Positions 51,198 to 60,837 of a DNA stretch of 64,000 nt are shown here, piece by piece (within the stretch, counting starts at the first letter, position 1; each line of letters starts with the position of its first letter). The notes below the pieces were generated by a model. That model worked only from the letters and a program-made list of their open reading frames with translations, did no database searches and was not told where the DNA came from. A program made the position numbers and the translations under genes. Source of the stretch: Alphaproteobacteria bacterium (GTDB taxonomy: Bacteria > Pseudomonadota > Alphaproteobacteria > MPNO01); assembly GCA_965248835.1 (NCBI GenBank), contig CBDFLJ010000002.1:2016001-2080000 (forward strand), read 5' to 3'.

Positions 51198-52121
51198 TCA
51201 TCCCGTCTTCGCCGGGAACAGGCCCTCGGGCTTGAAGAACAGCACCGCGGCCATCAGGACATAGATCAGCATGGAAGCGACCGCCGGCCCGGCGGTCTGG
51301 GCGGAGTCTTCGCTGATGAAGTTTGCCATCGTAAACGGCAGGATCGACCGGCCGACCACCTCGACGATGCCGACCAGCACCGAGGCGACCACCGCACCGC
51401 GCACCGAGCCGATGCCGCCGATGACGATGACCACGAAGGCCAGGATCAGCATGTCCTCGCCCATGCCCGGCTCGACCGACTGCAGCGGCCCGGCCATCAG
51501 GCCGGCGAACCCGGCGAGGACCGCGCCCAGCCCGAAAACCAGCGTGTACAGGAGCTGGATGTTGACTCCCAGCGCGCCGACCATCGACCGGTTGCTCGCA
51601 CCGGCGCGGATCAGCATGCCCATCCGGGTCCTGGTGATCAGGAAGAACAACGCAAACCCGATCGCAAGTCCGACCACGATAATCGCGACCCGGAACAGCG
51701 GGTACGGCGCTTCGGGGATGAACTCGACGCTGCCGTTGAGGAATTCCGGCACCGGCATCGGCTGGCTCTCCGCGCCCCAGACCAGACGCACCGCTTCGTT
51801 GAAAAACAGGATCAGCCCGAACGTCGCCAGCACCTGGTCCATGTGGTCGCGGTCGTACATGGTGCGCAGCGCGATCACCTCGATCAGGATCCCGCTGATC
51901 AGCGCGAGCGGCACCATGATCACGATCGCCAGCAGGAAGTTGCCGGTCCAGGCGTACATGGTCGCGGTGTAATAGGCGCCCAGCATGAACAGCGAGCCGT
52001 GCGCCAGGTTGACCACGTTCATGATGCCCAGCACCAGCGTGAGACCGGCGGAAACCAGGAACAGAAAGACGCCGAACTGGACGCCATTCAGAGTCTGCTC
52101 AATCAGCAGGAGCCAGGTCAT
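51198..52121 (-). CDS. Branched-chain ABC permease (LivH-like)
   Basis: LNG.QFG, GLTLVLG.MN.VNLAHG, GGIGS.RGA, PEGLFP. Confidence 0.92.
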   Translation of the reverse strand: MTWLLLIEQTLNGVQFGVFLFLVSAGLTLVLGIMNVVNLAHGSLFMLGAYYTATMYAWTGNFLLAIVIMVPLALISGILIEVIALRTMYDRDHMDQVLATFGLILFFNEAVRLVWGAESQPMPVPEFLNGSVEFIPEAPYPLFRVAIIVVGLAIGFALFFLITRTRMGMLIRAGASNRSMVGALGVNIQLLYTLVFGLGAVLAGFAGLMAGPLQSVEPGMGEDMLILAFVVIVIGGIGSVRGAVVASVLVGIVEVVGRSILPFTMANFISEDSAQTAGPAVASMLIYVLMAAVLFFKPEGLFPAKTG

Positions 52122-52162
52122 CGCGGAATGTTCTTGGTCGGGATCGGATTAAATCGTATCGC

Positions 52163-52202
52163 GGACCGTGGCGGGGATGCCGGTGCATCCCCGCCACGGT
52201 CC
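52163..52202. repeat. Perfect 18-bp stem-loop between SBP and permease (mRNA stabiliser/attenuator candidate)
   Basis: GGACCGTGGCGGGGATGC-CGGT-GCATCCCCGCCACGGTCC. Confidence 0.75.
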
Positions 52203-52211
52203 TGTCGCCCG

Positions 52212-53384
52212 CTACCACTTCATCTTGCACTGATTGTAGTAGGCATCCTTGTGGTTCTCGAGCACCGCATTGGTGGTGACGATCTCGGGATCGCCGTTGG
52301 CATCGGCGCGCACTTCCCTGCGATAGAAGGTCTGGATCGGGATGTGGTTCATGTTGTAGGTGAACTTGCCGCGCACCGAGGCGAAGTCCGCCTTCTCCAT
52401 CGCCTGGATCATGCCCCGGATGTCGGACAGATCGCCGCCGACCCCCCTGACGCCGCTGTCGACCAGGAGCGGCATGTCATAGGCCTGGGCCGAGAACATC
52501 GAGGGGTGGTAGCCGTACTTGGCTTTGAAGTCCTTGATGAACCGCTGGTTCGCCGGGTTCTTGGAGCTGTTGTCCCAGTACGACGTGTGGTAGGTGCCGA
52601 TCGCCGCCTTACCGTGGCCCTTCAGCGTCAGGTAGTCCACGGTAAAGACCGAATAGAACGGAATCGTCTTGTGCAGGCCGGCGGCGCGGTACTGCTTGAT
52701 GAAGGCGATGCCCATCGGCCCGGGCACGAACCCGAACAGCGCCTTCGGCTTGACCGCGCGGATCTGCGAGATCTCGGCCTGATAGTCGCGCTGGCCGAGG
52801 CGGTAGAGAATGCGCCCGGTGACGTTGCCCTTATAGGTCCTTTCGAACCCGGTCAGCATGTCCTTGCCGGCCTGGTAGTTGGCCGAAATCAGGAACACGT
52901 TGTCGAGGTTCTCCTGGTTCATCAGCTGACCCATCGCCTCGGGCGTCTGGTCGTTGTTCCACGAGGTCGAGAAGAAATAGGGGCTGCAGTTCTTGCCGGC
53001 CATCGCCGACCAGCCGGCGTTGGTGCTGATGAGGATTTTCTTGGAGCGGATGACCCGACGCTGCACCGCCGCGAGTATGTTGGACCAGGTGATCCCGGCG
53101 ATGATGTGGGCCTTGTCCTTCTTGAGCAGCTTGTCCGCCTGCTGGCGGCCGACATCGGGCTTCCGTTGGTCGTCGCCATAGATCATCTTGACGTCGAGAC
53201 CGCCCATCTTGCGGCCCAGATGGTCGAGCGCGAGCTCGAGCCCGTCCTTCTGATGCTTGCCGTAGATCGCGGCACCGCCGGAGAAGGTGTTGATATAGCC
53301 GATGCGGACTTCCTTGTCCTGGGCAACCGCTTGGGAGGCAACCAGCATGGCCGCCGAAGCGATCAGCGCAATTCGGAACCTCAT
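52212..53384 (-). CDS. ABC substrate-binding protein, aromatic-acid-binding type
   Basis: Signal peptide MRFRIAL, DDQRKPD, NAG.S..AG, WNNDQ, NYQAGKD, YREV, C-terminal C.M. Confidence 0.9.
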   Translation of the reverse strand: MRFRIALIASAAMLVASQAVAQDKEVRIGYINTFSGGAAIYGKHQKDGLELALDHLGRKMGGLDVKMIYGDDQRKPDVGRQQADKLLKKDKAHIIAGITWSNILAAVQRRVIRSKKILISTNAGWSAMAGKNCSPYFFSTSWNNDQTPEAMGQLMNQENLDNVFLISANYQAGKDMLTGFERTYKGNVTGRILYRLGQRDYQAEISQIRAVKPKALFGFVPGPMGIAFIKQYRAAGLHKTIPFYSVFTVDYLTLKGHGKAAIGTYHTSYWDNSSKNPANQRFIKDFKAKYGYHPSMFSAQAYDMPLLVDSGVRGVGGDLSDIRGMIQAMEKADFASVRGKFTYNMNHIPIQTFYRREVRADANGDPEIVTTNAVLENHKDAYYNQCKMKW

Positions 53385-53477
53385 GACATCTCCCCGTTTG
53401 GTTGTTGAGGCTTTTATCGGTACCAAATTCCACCTTGGGGGCACAATTGTCAAATCCGGAACAAGGCGGGCCGGGGC

Positions 53478-54590
53478 CTATTCCGCCGCCGCCCGGCGTT
53501 CCTCCGGCCCGCGTGCCTCATCCTCGACCATGCGCCGCCAGGCGATGATCGAGTCATCGGGCCGAAAGAGCGGTGCCGGGTCGCTGTCGCCCATGAACGG
53601 GACGACGGAAAGGTCCTGGTTGTTGAAGTTGTAGTGGTGGACCCACAGGATGTAGGTCCAATAGCGCAGCCACCAGGCCAGTCGGCGCCAGCCGCCGAGC
53701 CAGGCCACGGCGAAGACGAGATAGTGATAGCGCCCGCGCTCGGACGGCGTGTACCACTCATAGTGGGTCCAGCCGGCGCGGCCGGGCTGGCGCACCCTGA
53801 GGACCGCCGGCAGCCGGATCGAGACCGTGTGCTCGTTCGAGCCCTGGGCGATGCGCCTCCGGCGGCGCTGCCAGAAATTGAACCGCGGCCAGCGGCCGAG
53901 ACCGGGATAGTCGTCATCGGCATGCACCGAATGCTGGTAGCGGCTGAGCCACGCTCCGTCATGGCTCCTGACGATCTCGGTGCGGTTCCAGCCGGCCACG
54001 CGGCGGAAAAAGACCCAGTAGGAGGTCCGATGCAGCATCTTGCCGTGGGCCTCGTCGAACCCGTTCTCGGCGGCATGGCGCCAGTCACCCTTGGCATGGC
54101 GGTGGAGCGCGAAGATCCTTGCGTCGGGCCGCAGCAGCTCTTCGGGCAGATCGTCCTCGATCGCGACCGGGCTGCCCTCGCCCATCCACACCCAGACCAT
54201 GCCGCAGCGTTCCTCGACCGGGAAGCTCTTGACCCGCACCTTGCCGATGACCGGGGAGTCGGGCCCGTCGGTGAGCGCGGCGACCAGCCGGCCGTCGCTG
54301 ACGTCGAACGTCCAGCCGTGATAGGCGCAACTGATCGTGCCGGGAAACTCGCACCGCCCGGCCGACAGCGGAATATGGCGGTGAGGGCAGCGGTCCTCCA
54401 GTGCGTAGGCGCGCCCGGCATGGCGGACGAACACCAGGTCCTTGCCGAGCAGCCGCCAGTGCATCGGCTTCGACCGGAGCTTCGATGAGGCCATCGCCGG
54501 ATGCCAGTATTCGGTCAGCCCCACGGACGCAGATGCATAACGCTGCCAGCGGTCGATGTCCCCTCCAGCTATCCTTTCCTCGGTGCTCAC
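53478..54590 (-). CDS. Rieske oxygenase of the CarAa / 2-oxoquinoline 8-monooxygenase type
   Basis: YWHP, DRCPHR..LS, C.YHGW, ENGFDEAH...H, FNNQD; GTG start overlapping upstream stop. Confidence 0.82.
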   Translation of the reverse strand: MSTEERIAGGDIDRWQRYASASVGLTEYWHPAMASSKLRSKPMHWRLLGKDLVFVRHAGRAYALEDRCPHRHIPLSAGRCEFPGTISCAYHGWTFDVSDGRLVAALTDGPDSPVIGKVRVKSFPVEERCGMVWVWMGEGSPVAIEDDLPEELLRPDARIFALHRHAKGDWRHAAENGFDEAHGKMLHRTSYWVFFRRVAGWNRTEIVRSHDGAWLSRYQHSVHADDDYPGLGRWPRFNFWQRRRRRIAQGSNEHTVSIRLPAVLRVRQPGRAGWTHYEWYTPSERGRYHYLVFAVAWLGGWRRLAWWLRYWTYILWVHHYNFNNQDLSVVPFMGDSDPAPLFRPDDSIIAWRRMVEDEARGPEERRAAAE

Positions 54591-55933
54591 AGCCCGACCT
54601 CCGCTCTCGTGCGCGTGCAGGTGTCGACGATGGTATAGACCAAGCAGCGTGCATAGCGCTCCATTCCGGCGAGTTCGGCAAGCCCCATCGTGTGCCTGGG
54701 CCGTTCGGCCGAGGCGGTCATGACCGCGGGCAGGCCGAAGCGCGCGGTGGGGATCCCGGCTGCGCGCAGGATCACCGCCTCGGTCTGGCCGCTGGTCTGC
54801 AGGTAGGGCGCGTGCGCGACACCTTCGGTGTCCTCGAAGCCGCGGATGCAGGACTGGATGATCCAGTTCCGCGGGTCGGTGCCCGCGCCGGGGATCGACA
54901 GGATCATCTCGCACGCGGTCTCGAGCCCCGGATGATCGGCGGCGATCGCCGCCAGTTCCGCCTCCAGCGCACGCCGGGCCTGCATCGGGGTCGTGCGCGG
55001 GCTGATCCTGAGATCGACATAGAGGTCGCAGGCCGCCGGCACCATCGACGGCTTGTAGGTCCAGCCTCCCTCGATCGCACCGACCGCGCCCTGCGGGGCG
55101 ACCAGCCCGTCGGTGTGGCGCCGGGCGTAGTCGTCGAACCACGCCTCCAGCCGCGTGACAACCCTCGCCGCCTCGGCGATCGGGTTGCGGTATTGCAGAA
55201 AATGCTTGCGCCCGACATAGGTCTGCACGCCGCGCACCCGGATGCGGAACCAGCACAGCCCGACTTCCTCCCAGGCAACCGCGTAGCCGGGCTTGGCGAT
55301 GATCGCGAAATCGCCGCGCACGCCTCGCTCCAGCATGAACCGGCAGCCGCGGCCGTGGCCGACCGAGGCGCGCCGATCGCCCGGCCTCGGGTTGGCCGGC
55401 GCACCGCCGGCGCCAAAGCACAGCCGGACCGGGCCGGTCAGGCCGATCTCGGCCGCACCGACCGCGTGCGCCGCAGCGATCGCCGAGACGATGTGCGCCT
55501 TCGGGTTGTCGGCGCTGAGGCCGGTAACGGTGCCCGGACCGACCACCGCCCGGGCGCGCATGTGCTCGGGCAGAACATCGCCCACCCAGGGGACCTCGTC
55601 CTCCGCCCTGCCGGTGAACGGGCTGTCGAGCGGAGCGAAGATCATCAGCTGCGGCCCTTCGCCGGAACCCGGCAGTTCGCCGATCGCATTGGCCGAGCGG
55701 TCGTCGAGCCGCTGCAGGCTCGCCTTCAGGCCGCAGCCTTCCATGACCTCGACCAGGGCCTCGGCGATCGCCATTTCCTCGCCGAACGGGCTGGGGATTT
55801 CGACCAGACGGACCAGGAGATCGGTCATCCAGGCCCGGTCGATCCTGGACGAAGCACCCTCGACCGCACGCCGGCGACCGGCGTCAAGCGGCAGGGTGAT
55901 GGTCTCCACGGCGCTGGGAACTGTCACGGTCAC
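54587..55933 (-). CDS. M20/ArgE-fold protein with non-canonical active site
   Basis: LV.IPSP.GEE, dimerisation-domain I.GG..PS.VP..C.LYVD.R; canonical HxD/EE/EP ligands replaced. Confidence 0.75.
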   Translation of the reverse strand: MTVTVPSAVETITLPLDAGRRRAVEGASSRIDRAWMTDLLVRLVEIPSPFGEEMAIAEALVEVMEGCGLKASLQRLDDRSANAIGELPGSGEGPQLMIFAPLDSPFTGRAEDEVPWVGDVLPEHMRARAVVGPGTVTGLSADNPKAHIVSAIAAAHAVGAAEIGLTGPVRLCFGAGGAPANPRPGDRRASVGHGRGCRFMLERGVRGDFAIIAKPGYAVAWEEVGLCWFRIRVRGVQTYVGRKHFLQYRNPIAEAARVVTRLEAWFDDYARRHTDGLVAPQGAVGAIEGGWTYKPSMVPAACDLYVDLRISPRTTPMQARRALEAELAAIAADHPGLETACEMILSIPGAGTDPRNWIIQSCIRGFEDTEGVAHAPYLQTSGQTEAVILRAAGIPTARFGLPAVMTASAERPRHTMGLAELAGMERYARCLVYTIVDTCTRTRAEVGL

Positions 55934-56030
55934 CGTCCTCTCCTCCGCTATCGAGTCTGCCCAAGAACGGGCTGGAGCTCAATCCACCGGCAGGTGTAGG
56001 TTTGCCGCGGATAAGTCGGGGAAGCGTGGC

Positions 56031-56222
56031 GTGGTGGAAAAGCCAATCGGGGATGCCGGCGCGTTTGTCGATCACAGCGCCGCAGTGCTGGGCATCGCGC
56101 TCGATCCGGCGGTGCGCGAGGCCGTGATCGTCAATTTCAAGCTTTTCGCCGGCCTGGCGGCCGCGATCGAGGGGTTCGAGGAGCCGGAGACGCATGAGCC
56201 GCCGGCGGTGTTCCGGCCATGA
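56031..56222 (+). CDS. AtzG/HpxX-like (DUF4089) small amidase partner
   Basis: AAVLG...DP..REAV..NF and EP..VF.P C-terminus; ATGA overlap with amidase. Confidence 0.75.
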   Translation: MVEKPIGDAGAFVDHSAAVLGIALDPAVREAVIVNFKLFAGLAAAIEGFEEPETHEPPAVFRP

Positions 56223-57523
56223 CCGAGGCCAAGCGAGCCGCGGTCGGCGAAGCGCTCGCCCGCGTCGCCGGCGAGAACGGGCGGATCAACGCCTTCAGGA
56301 CCGTTCTTGACGATCTGGCGTTGTCGGCGGCGGCGCAGCCGGCGACCGGCCACCGGCTGGACGGTGTCCCGTTCGCGGTCAAGGACCTGTTCGACATCGC
56401 CGGGCAGACCACGCTCGCCGGCTCGAAGATGCGCCGGGGCGATGCACCCGCGGTCCGCGATGCCACCGCCGTCGCCCGTTTGCGGGAGACCGGCGCGGTG
56501 CTCCTGGGCACGCTCAACATGGACGAGTTCGCTTACGGCTTCACCGGCGAGAACGCCCATACCGGGGCCACGCGGAACCCGCGCGATCCCGATCACATGA
56601 CCGGCGGATCCTCGTCGGGCTCGGGCGCCGCGGTCGCCGCGGGCCTGGTGCCGTTCGCCCTGGGCTCCGACACCAACGGTTCGGTCCGGGTGCCGGCGGC
56701 GCTCTGCGGCGTTTACGGCCTCAAGCCGACCTTCGGGCGCATCCCGAGGGCCGGCGTCGCACCGCTCGCCTGGAGCTTCGATCATGTCGGCGTGCTGGCG
56801 AGGGACGTCCGCGACATCGCGGCGGTGCTGGACGCCACCCAGGGACCCGACGAGCGCGATCCGGCGGCTTCGGCCGAGCATCGGGCAGCGACATCGGACA
56901 CGCTGGGCGCCGGGGTGGCGGGGCTGCGAATCGCGCGCGCCGGAGGGCATTTCGCGACCGGCGGGCTCGCGGAGGCCTTTACCGCGGCCGACCGCGTCGC
57001 CAAGGCGCTCGATGCCTCGCGCACGGTGGAGTTGGCGGATTCCGGCCGCGCGGGCCAGGCCGGGCTCCTGATCACGTCGGCCGAGGCGGCGAGCATCCAT
57101 CTCGAGGATATCCGCTCGCGCGACGCCCTGTTCGACCCGCACACGCGGGCGCGCTGGATCGCGGCCGCGATGATCCCATCGATCTGGGTGGCGGCCGCGC
57201 AGCGCTTCCGGCGTTCCTATCAGGCCAGGATGAGGGCGCTGTTCGAGGAGATCGACATTCTGGTGACGCCGACGACTCCGTTCCCGCCGCCGCGGATCGG
57301 CCAGTCGACCATCGAGATCGACGGACAGGAACTGCCGACCCGCGGGACGCTGGGGCGCTTCACCGCACCGTTCTCGTTCGTCGGCGTGCCCGCGATCTCG
57401 GTCCCGGTCGATATCGGCGGACGGTTTCCGATGGGCGTTCAGCTCGTCGCCGGACCCGGCAAGGACGCGTTGCTGCTGCGTGCCGCGGCCTCGCTCGCCC
57501 AACGGGGCGTGAGCCTGTCATGA
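56219..57523 (+). CDS. AtzE-family amidase (amidase signature)
   Basis: AVKDLFD, NMDEFAYGFTGEN, GGSSSGS, GSDTNGSVRVPA. Confidence 0.88.
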   Translation: MTEAKRAAVGEALARVAGENGRINAFRTVLDDLALSAAAQPATGHRLDGVPFAVKDLFDIAGQTTLAGSKMRRGDAPAVRDATAVARLRETGAVLLGTLNMDEFAYGFTGENAHTGATRNPRDPDHMTGGSSSGSGAAVAAGLVPFALGSDTNGSVRVPAALCGVYGLKPTFGRIPRAGVAPLAWSFDHVGVLARDVRDIAAVLDATQGPDERDPAASAEHRAATSDTLGAGVAGLRIARAGGHFATGGLAEAFTAADRVAKALDASRTVELADSGRAGQAGLLITSAEAASIHLEDIRSRDALFDPHTRARWIAAAMIPSIWVAAAQRFRRSYQARMRALFEEIDILVTPTTPFPPPRIGQSTIEIDGQELPTRGTLGRFTAPFSFVGVPAISVPVDIGGRFPMGVQLVAGPGKDALLLRAAASLAQRGVSLS

Positions 57524-58952
57524 CCGGCAGGGAAGGAGACGGGCTGCTGCAGCGCACCGTCCAGCGCGTGCTCGAGCAATGGCGCGAGATCGCGGGCGGG
57601 TCGCTGGAGGACACCGCCGAGGCGCTGCGGCCCGACCTGCCTGACCGTGACGCCGAACGGGTCCGCAAGCAGATGCGCGCGTGCCTGGAAGCGCGCGGCG
57701 GCGAGGTCTCGGCGCGGTCGCGGGCGGCGGCCCTGGGGCGTGCCTATCTGTCGCTCAACGCCGACGGCCGCACCCGGTTCCTGCGGATCCTGGCCACCGA
57801 CTTCGACACCGACCGGCAGGCGGTCGCGGCCGCGGCCATCGGGCTCGACGAGCTCGACGACTGGGGCGGACGCAAGCGGCGGAGCGCCAGCTCCGCGAAG
57901 CGCTGGAGCCGCCGCGTCGGCGGCTGTTGACACAGTTCAACGCGCTGCCCGACGGGGTGAAGTTCCTGGTCGACATGCGCGCGAGCCTGCTCGAACTGTC
58001 GGCCGAGGACCCGGCGCTCGACGACCTGGAAGCCGACCTCAAAGCGCTGCTGACGAGCTGGTTCGATATCGGCTTCCTTGAGCTCAAACGCATCACCTGG
58101 GAGACCCCGGCCGCGGTCATCGAGAAGCTGATCGAGTACGAGGCCGTGCACGAGATCCGCGACTGGGAGGACATGAAGTCGAGGCTCGCCTCGGACCGGC
58201 GCTGCTACGCCTATTTCCATCCGCGGATGCCCGAAGAGCCGCTGATCTTCGTCGAGGTCGCGCTGACCGAGGGGATGGCAAGCTCGATCAGCGCGCTGCT
58301 CGGGGAGCGCGAGCACCCCGAAGAAGCCTCGGCAGCCGACTGTGCGATCTTCTATTCGATCTCCACCGCCCAGCGCGGCCTCGACGGCATCGGCTTCGGC
58401 GGCTTCCTGATCAAGCGCGTGGTCGAGCAGCTCGCCCAGGAGTTCGAGCACCTGGAGACCTTTGCGACCCTGTCGCCGATCCCGGGGTTCCGGCGTTGGC
58501 TCGACGACCACCTCGCCGAGCCGGCGGCCGACCTGCTTACCCGCGGCGAGCACCGGGCGCTCGCCGCGTTCCTGGAAGACGGCGGCGACCAGGATTTCGA
58601 CGAGGCCTCCTTCCTGGCCCGGCTCCTCGACCGGCCGGATTGGCAGGACGACGAGGCGCTGGCCAAGGCCCTGTGCGGCCCGCTGAGCCGGCTTTGCGCC
58701 CACTACCTCGTGCGTGAGAAACGCAACGGCCGTCGGGTGCGCGACCCCGTGGCCCATTTTCACCTTTCCAACGGCGCCCGGATGGAGCGGCTCAACTGGC
58801 TCGCCGACCGCTCGGCCAAGGGGCTGGCCCAGTCCGCCGGGCTGATGATCAACTATCTCTATGCCGTCGACGACATCCCGGCCAACCACGAGGCCTATGC
58901 CGGCGAGGGCGAGATCCCGGCGTCCTCGAAGTTCCGCGCGCTGCTGCGTTAG
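57520..58952 (+). pseudogene. Malonyl-CoA decarboxylase, split by a 1-nt frameshift (real or sequencing error)
   Basis: N-part RGGEVSAR in 57520..57930; C-part EPPRRRLL, YEAVHEI.DW, DRRCY, FYSIS, TLSPIPGF, DPVAHFHL.NGA in 57681..58952; shift near 57870. Confidence 0.88.
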
Positions 58953-59016
58953 ACCCTGCCCCTGACCGGTTGGGTGCGCCAAAGCGGCGAGGCCCGGTTT
59001 GTGCTATGGAAATGCG

Positions 59017-60660
59017 GTGGACTATGACGCGATCATCATCGGGGCCGGCCATAACGGACTGATCCTGCAAGCCTATCTCTGCCGCGCCGGGCTGAAGGTG
59101 CTGAGCCTGGAGCGGCTTGAGGTCGCCGGCGGCGGGCTTTCCACCGTCGAGGATCCGCGCAACCCCGGCTTCTGGCACAACACCCACGCCTTCTTCCACC
59201 GCGCTATCACCGCGATGCCGTGGTATGCCGACCTGGGTCTGGAGGCCAAGGGCGCCGAATACATCGAGCCGGCGCTGAATGTCGCCATGGTGCTCGCCGA
59301 CGGCCGGACGATCCAGTGGTGGACCGACCCGGAGCGCACCGCGGACTCCTTCGCCGCGATCAACCGGCGTGATGCGGCGACGCTCAAGCGCTGGCACGCG
59401 CAGTTCGTCGGCATCACCGAGACGATCCTGCGTCCGGAGGCGATGGCCCCGCCCCTCCCGGTCGCCGAGCGCCGCGCTCTCCTGGAGCGCAGCGCTGCGG
59501 GCCGCCGGCTGCTCGAGGTCGCCGCGCTGTCCCCGCTCGAATTCGTCCGTCGGGAATTCGAGGATCCGGCGATCCAGGCCGGGCTTCTGTTCTTCAACGG
59601 GCTCCGCGAGGTCGATCCCCGGGTCCGCGGCTTCGGCCACCATATCGCGATGCTGCTGGCGAGCCCGGCCAAGGCGCAGATGTGCCGGGGCGGCGCCGCT
59701 GCCCTCGCCCGCGCGCTGCTCGCCGATATCGAGGAGCATGGCGGCACGGTGCGCTGCGGCACGGTCCCGCGTTCGATCATGATCGAGGACGGACGAGCCG
59801 CCGGTGTGGTGCTCCGGGACGGCGAGGTCATCCGCTCGGGCAAGCTCGTCGCCTCTTCCCTCGATCCCCATCAGACCTTCCTCGGCCTGATCGAGGCGGA
59901 TCAACTGCCCGCGCCGTGGCGCGATGCGGCCGCCGGCTTCCGCTACAACCTGATCGCGCCTTTGTTCGCGATCAATCTGTGCCTGTCCGAGCCGCCGGCA
60001 TACGCGGCGGCCGAGCGGCATCCCGAGCTCGCAGAGGCGCTCATGGTCATCCTGGGGCTCGACCACGTCGAACAATACCCGGACCTCATCGGCCACCATG
60101 AGGCGGGGACGATCGGCGATCCCGTCATGTGGGGCGCCGCGCCGACGGTCTTCGATCCAACCCAGGCGCCGCCCGGCCGACACACGGCCTTCATGTGGGA
60201 GAAGGTGCCCTACGCGCTCGGCGGCGATCCGGCGCATTGGGACGCGCACAAGCAGACCCATGGCCAGCGCATGCTCGATCACTGGCGGTCCTATGCGCCC
60301 AACCTGGCCGAGGCGGTGATCGACTGGAGCCCGCAAAGCCCGCTCGACATCGAGCGGCGGTTCCCCAACATGCGCCGTGGCGATCTCCTGATCGGCGCGT
60401 TCACCGACGGTCAGATCGGCCACGACCGGCCGTTTCCTGGGGCCGGTTCATATCGCGGCCACGTGGCGGGGCTCTATCTGTGCGGTTCGTCCTCCCACCC
60501 GGGCGGCAACATTACCGGGCTGCCGGGCTACAACGCCGCCCAGGTGGTGCTGTCCGACCTCGGCATTGCCGCCGACTGGCTGCCGCCGCCGATCGCCGAC
60601 CGGCTGGCCGGTCTCGCCACACCGGACCGGCCGGAACCGGCGACGGAACCGTTCGCCTGA
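59017..60660 (+). CDS. Phytoene-dehydrogenase-like NAD(P)/FAD-dependent oxidoreductase
   Basis: IIGAGHNGL, GG, SPLDIE, GLYLCGSSSHPGG.ITG.PG.NAA. Confidence 0.88.
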   Translation: MDYDAIIIGAGHNGLILQAYLCRAGLKVLSLERLEVAGGGLSTVEDPRNPGFWHNTHAFFHRAITAMPWYADLGLEAKGAEYIEPALNVAMVLADGRTIQWWTDPERTADSFAAINRRDAATLKRWHAQFVGITETILRPEAMAPPLPVAERRALLERSAAGRRLLEVAALSPLEFVRREFEDPAIQAGLLFFNGLREVDPRVRGFGHHIAMLLASPAKAQMCRGGAAALARALLADIEEHGGTVRCGTVPRSIMIEDGRAAGVVLRDGEVIRSGKLVASSLDPHQTFLGLIEADQLPAPWRDAAAGFRYNLIAPLFAINLCLSEPPAYAAAERHPELAEALMVILGLDHVEQYPDLIGHHEAGTIGDPVMWGAAPTVFDPTQAPPGRHTAFMWEKVPYALGGDPAHWDAHKQTHGQRMLDHWRSYAPNLAEAVIDWSPQSPLDIERRFPNMRRGDLLIGAFTDGQIGHDRPFPGAGSYRGHVAGLYLCGSSSHPGGNITGLPGYNAAQVVLSDLGIAADWLPPPIADRLAGLATPDRPEPATEPFA

Positions 60661-60837
60661 AATCAGCCCAAACCCGCCGCAACCTCGCCGCTACGCAACC
60701 AAATCCCTCGATCGACGCTCAAACAAACAAGACTTGCCTGCCATCAACCCTTCCTGAAATATCCGGGCCAAAGCGCTTGACGGATCCTGGGCCCCGCCGC
60801 ATGACACGCCGCAGCCAAAGAAGAGTTTGGAGGACAA

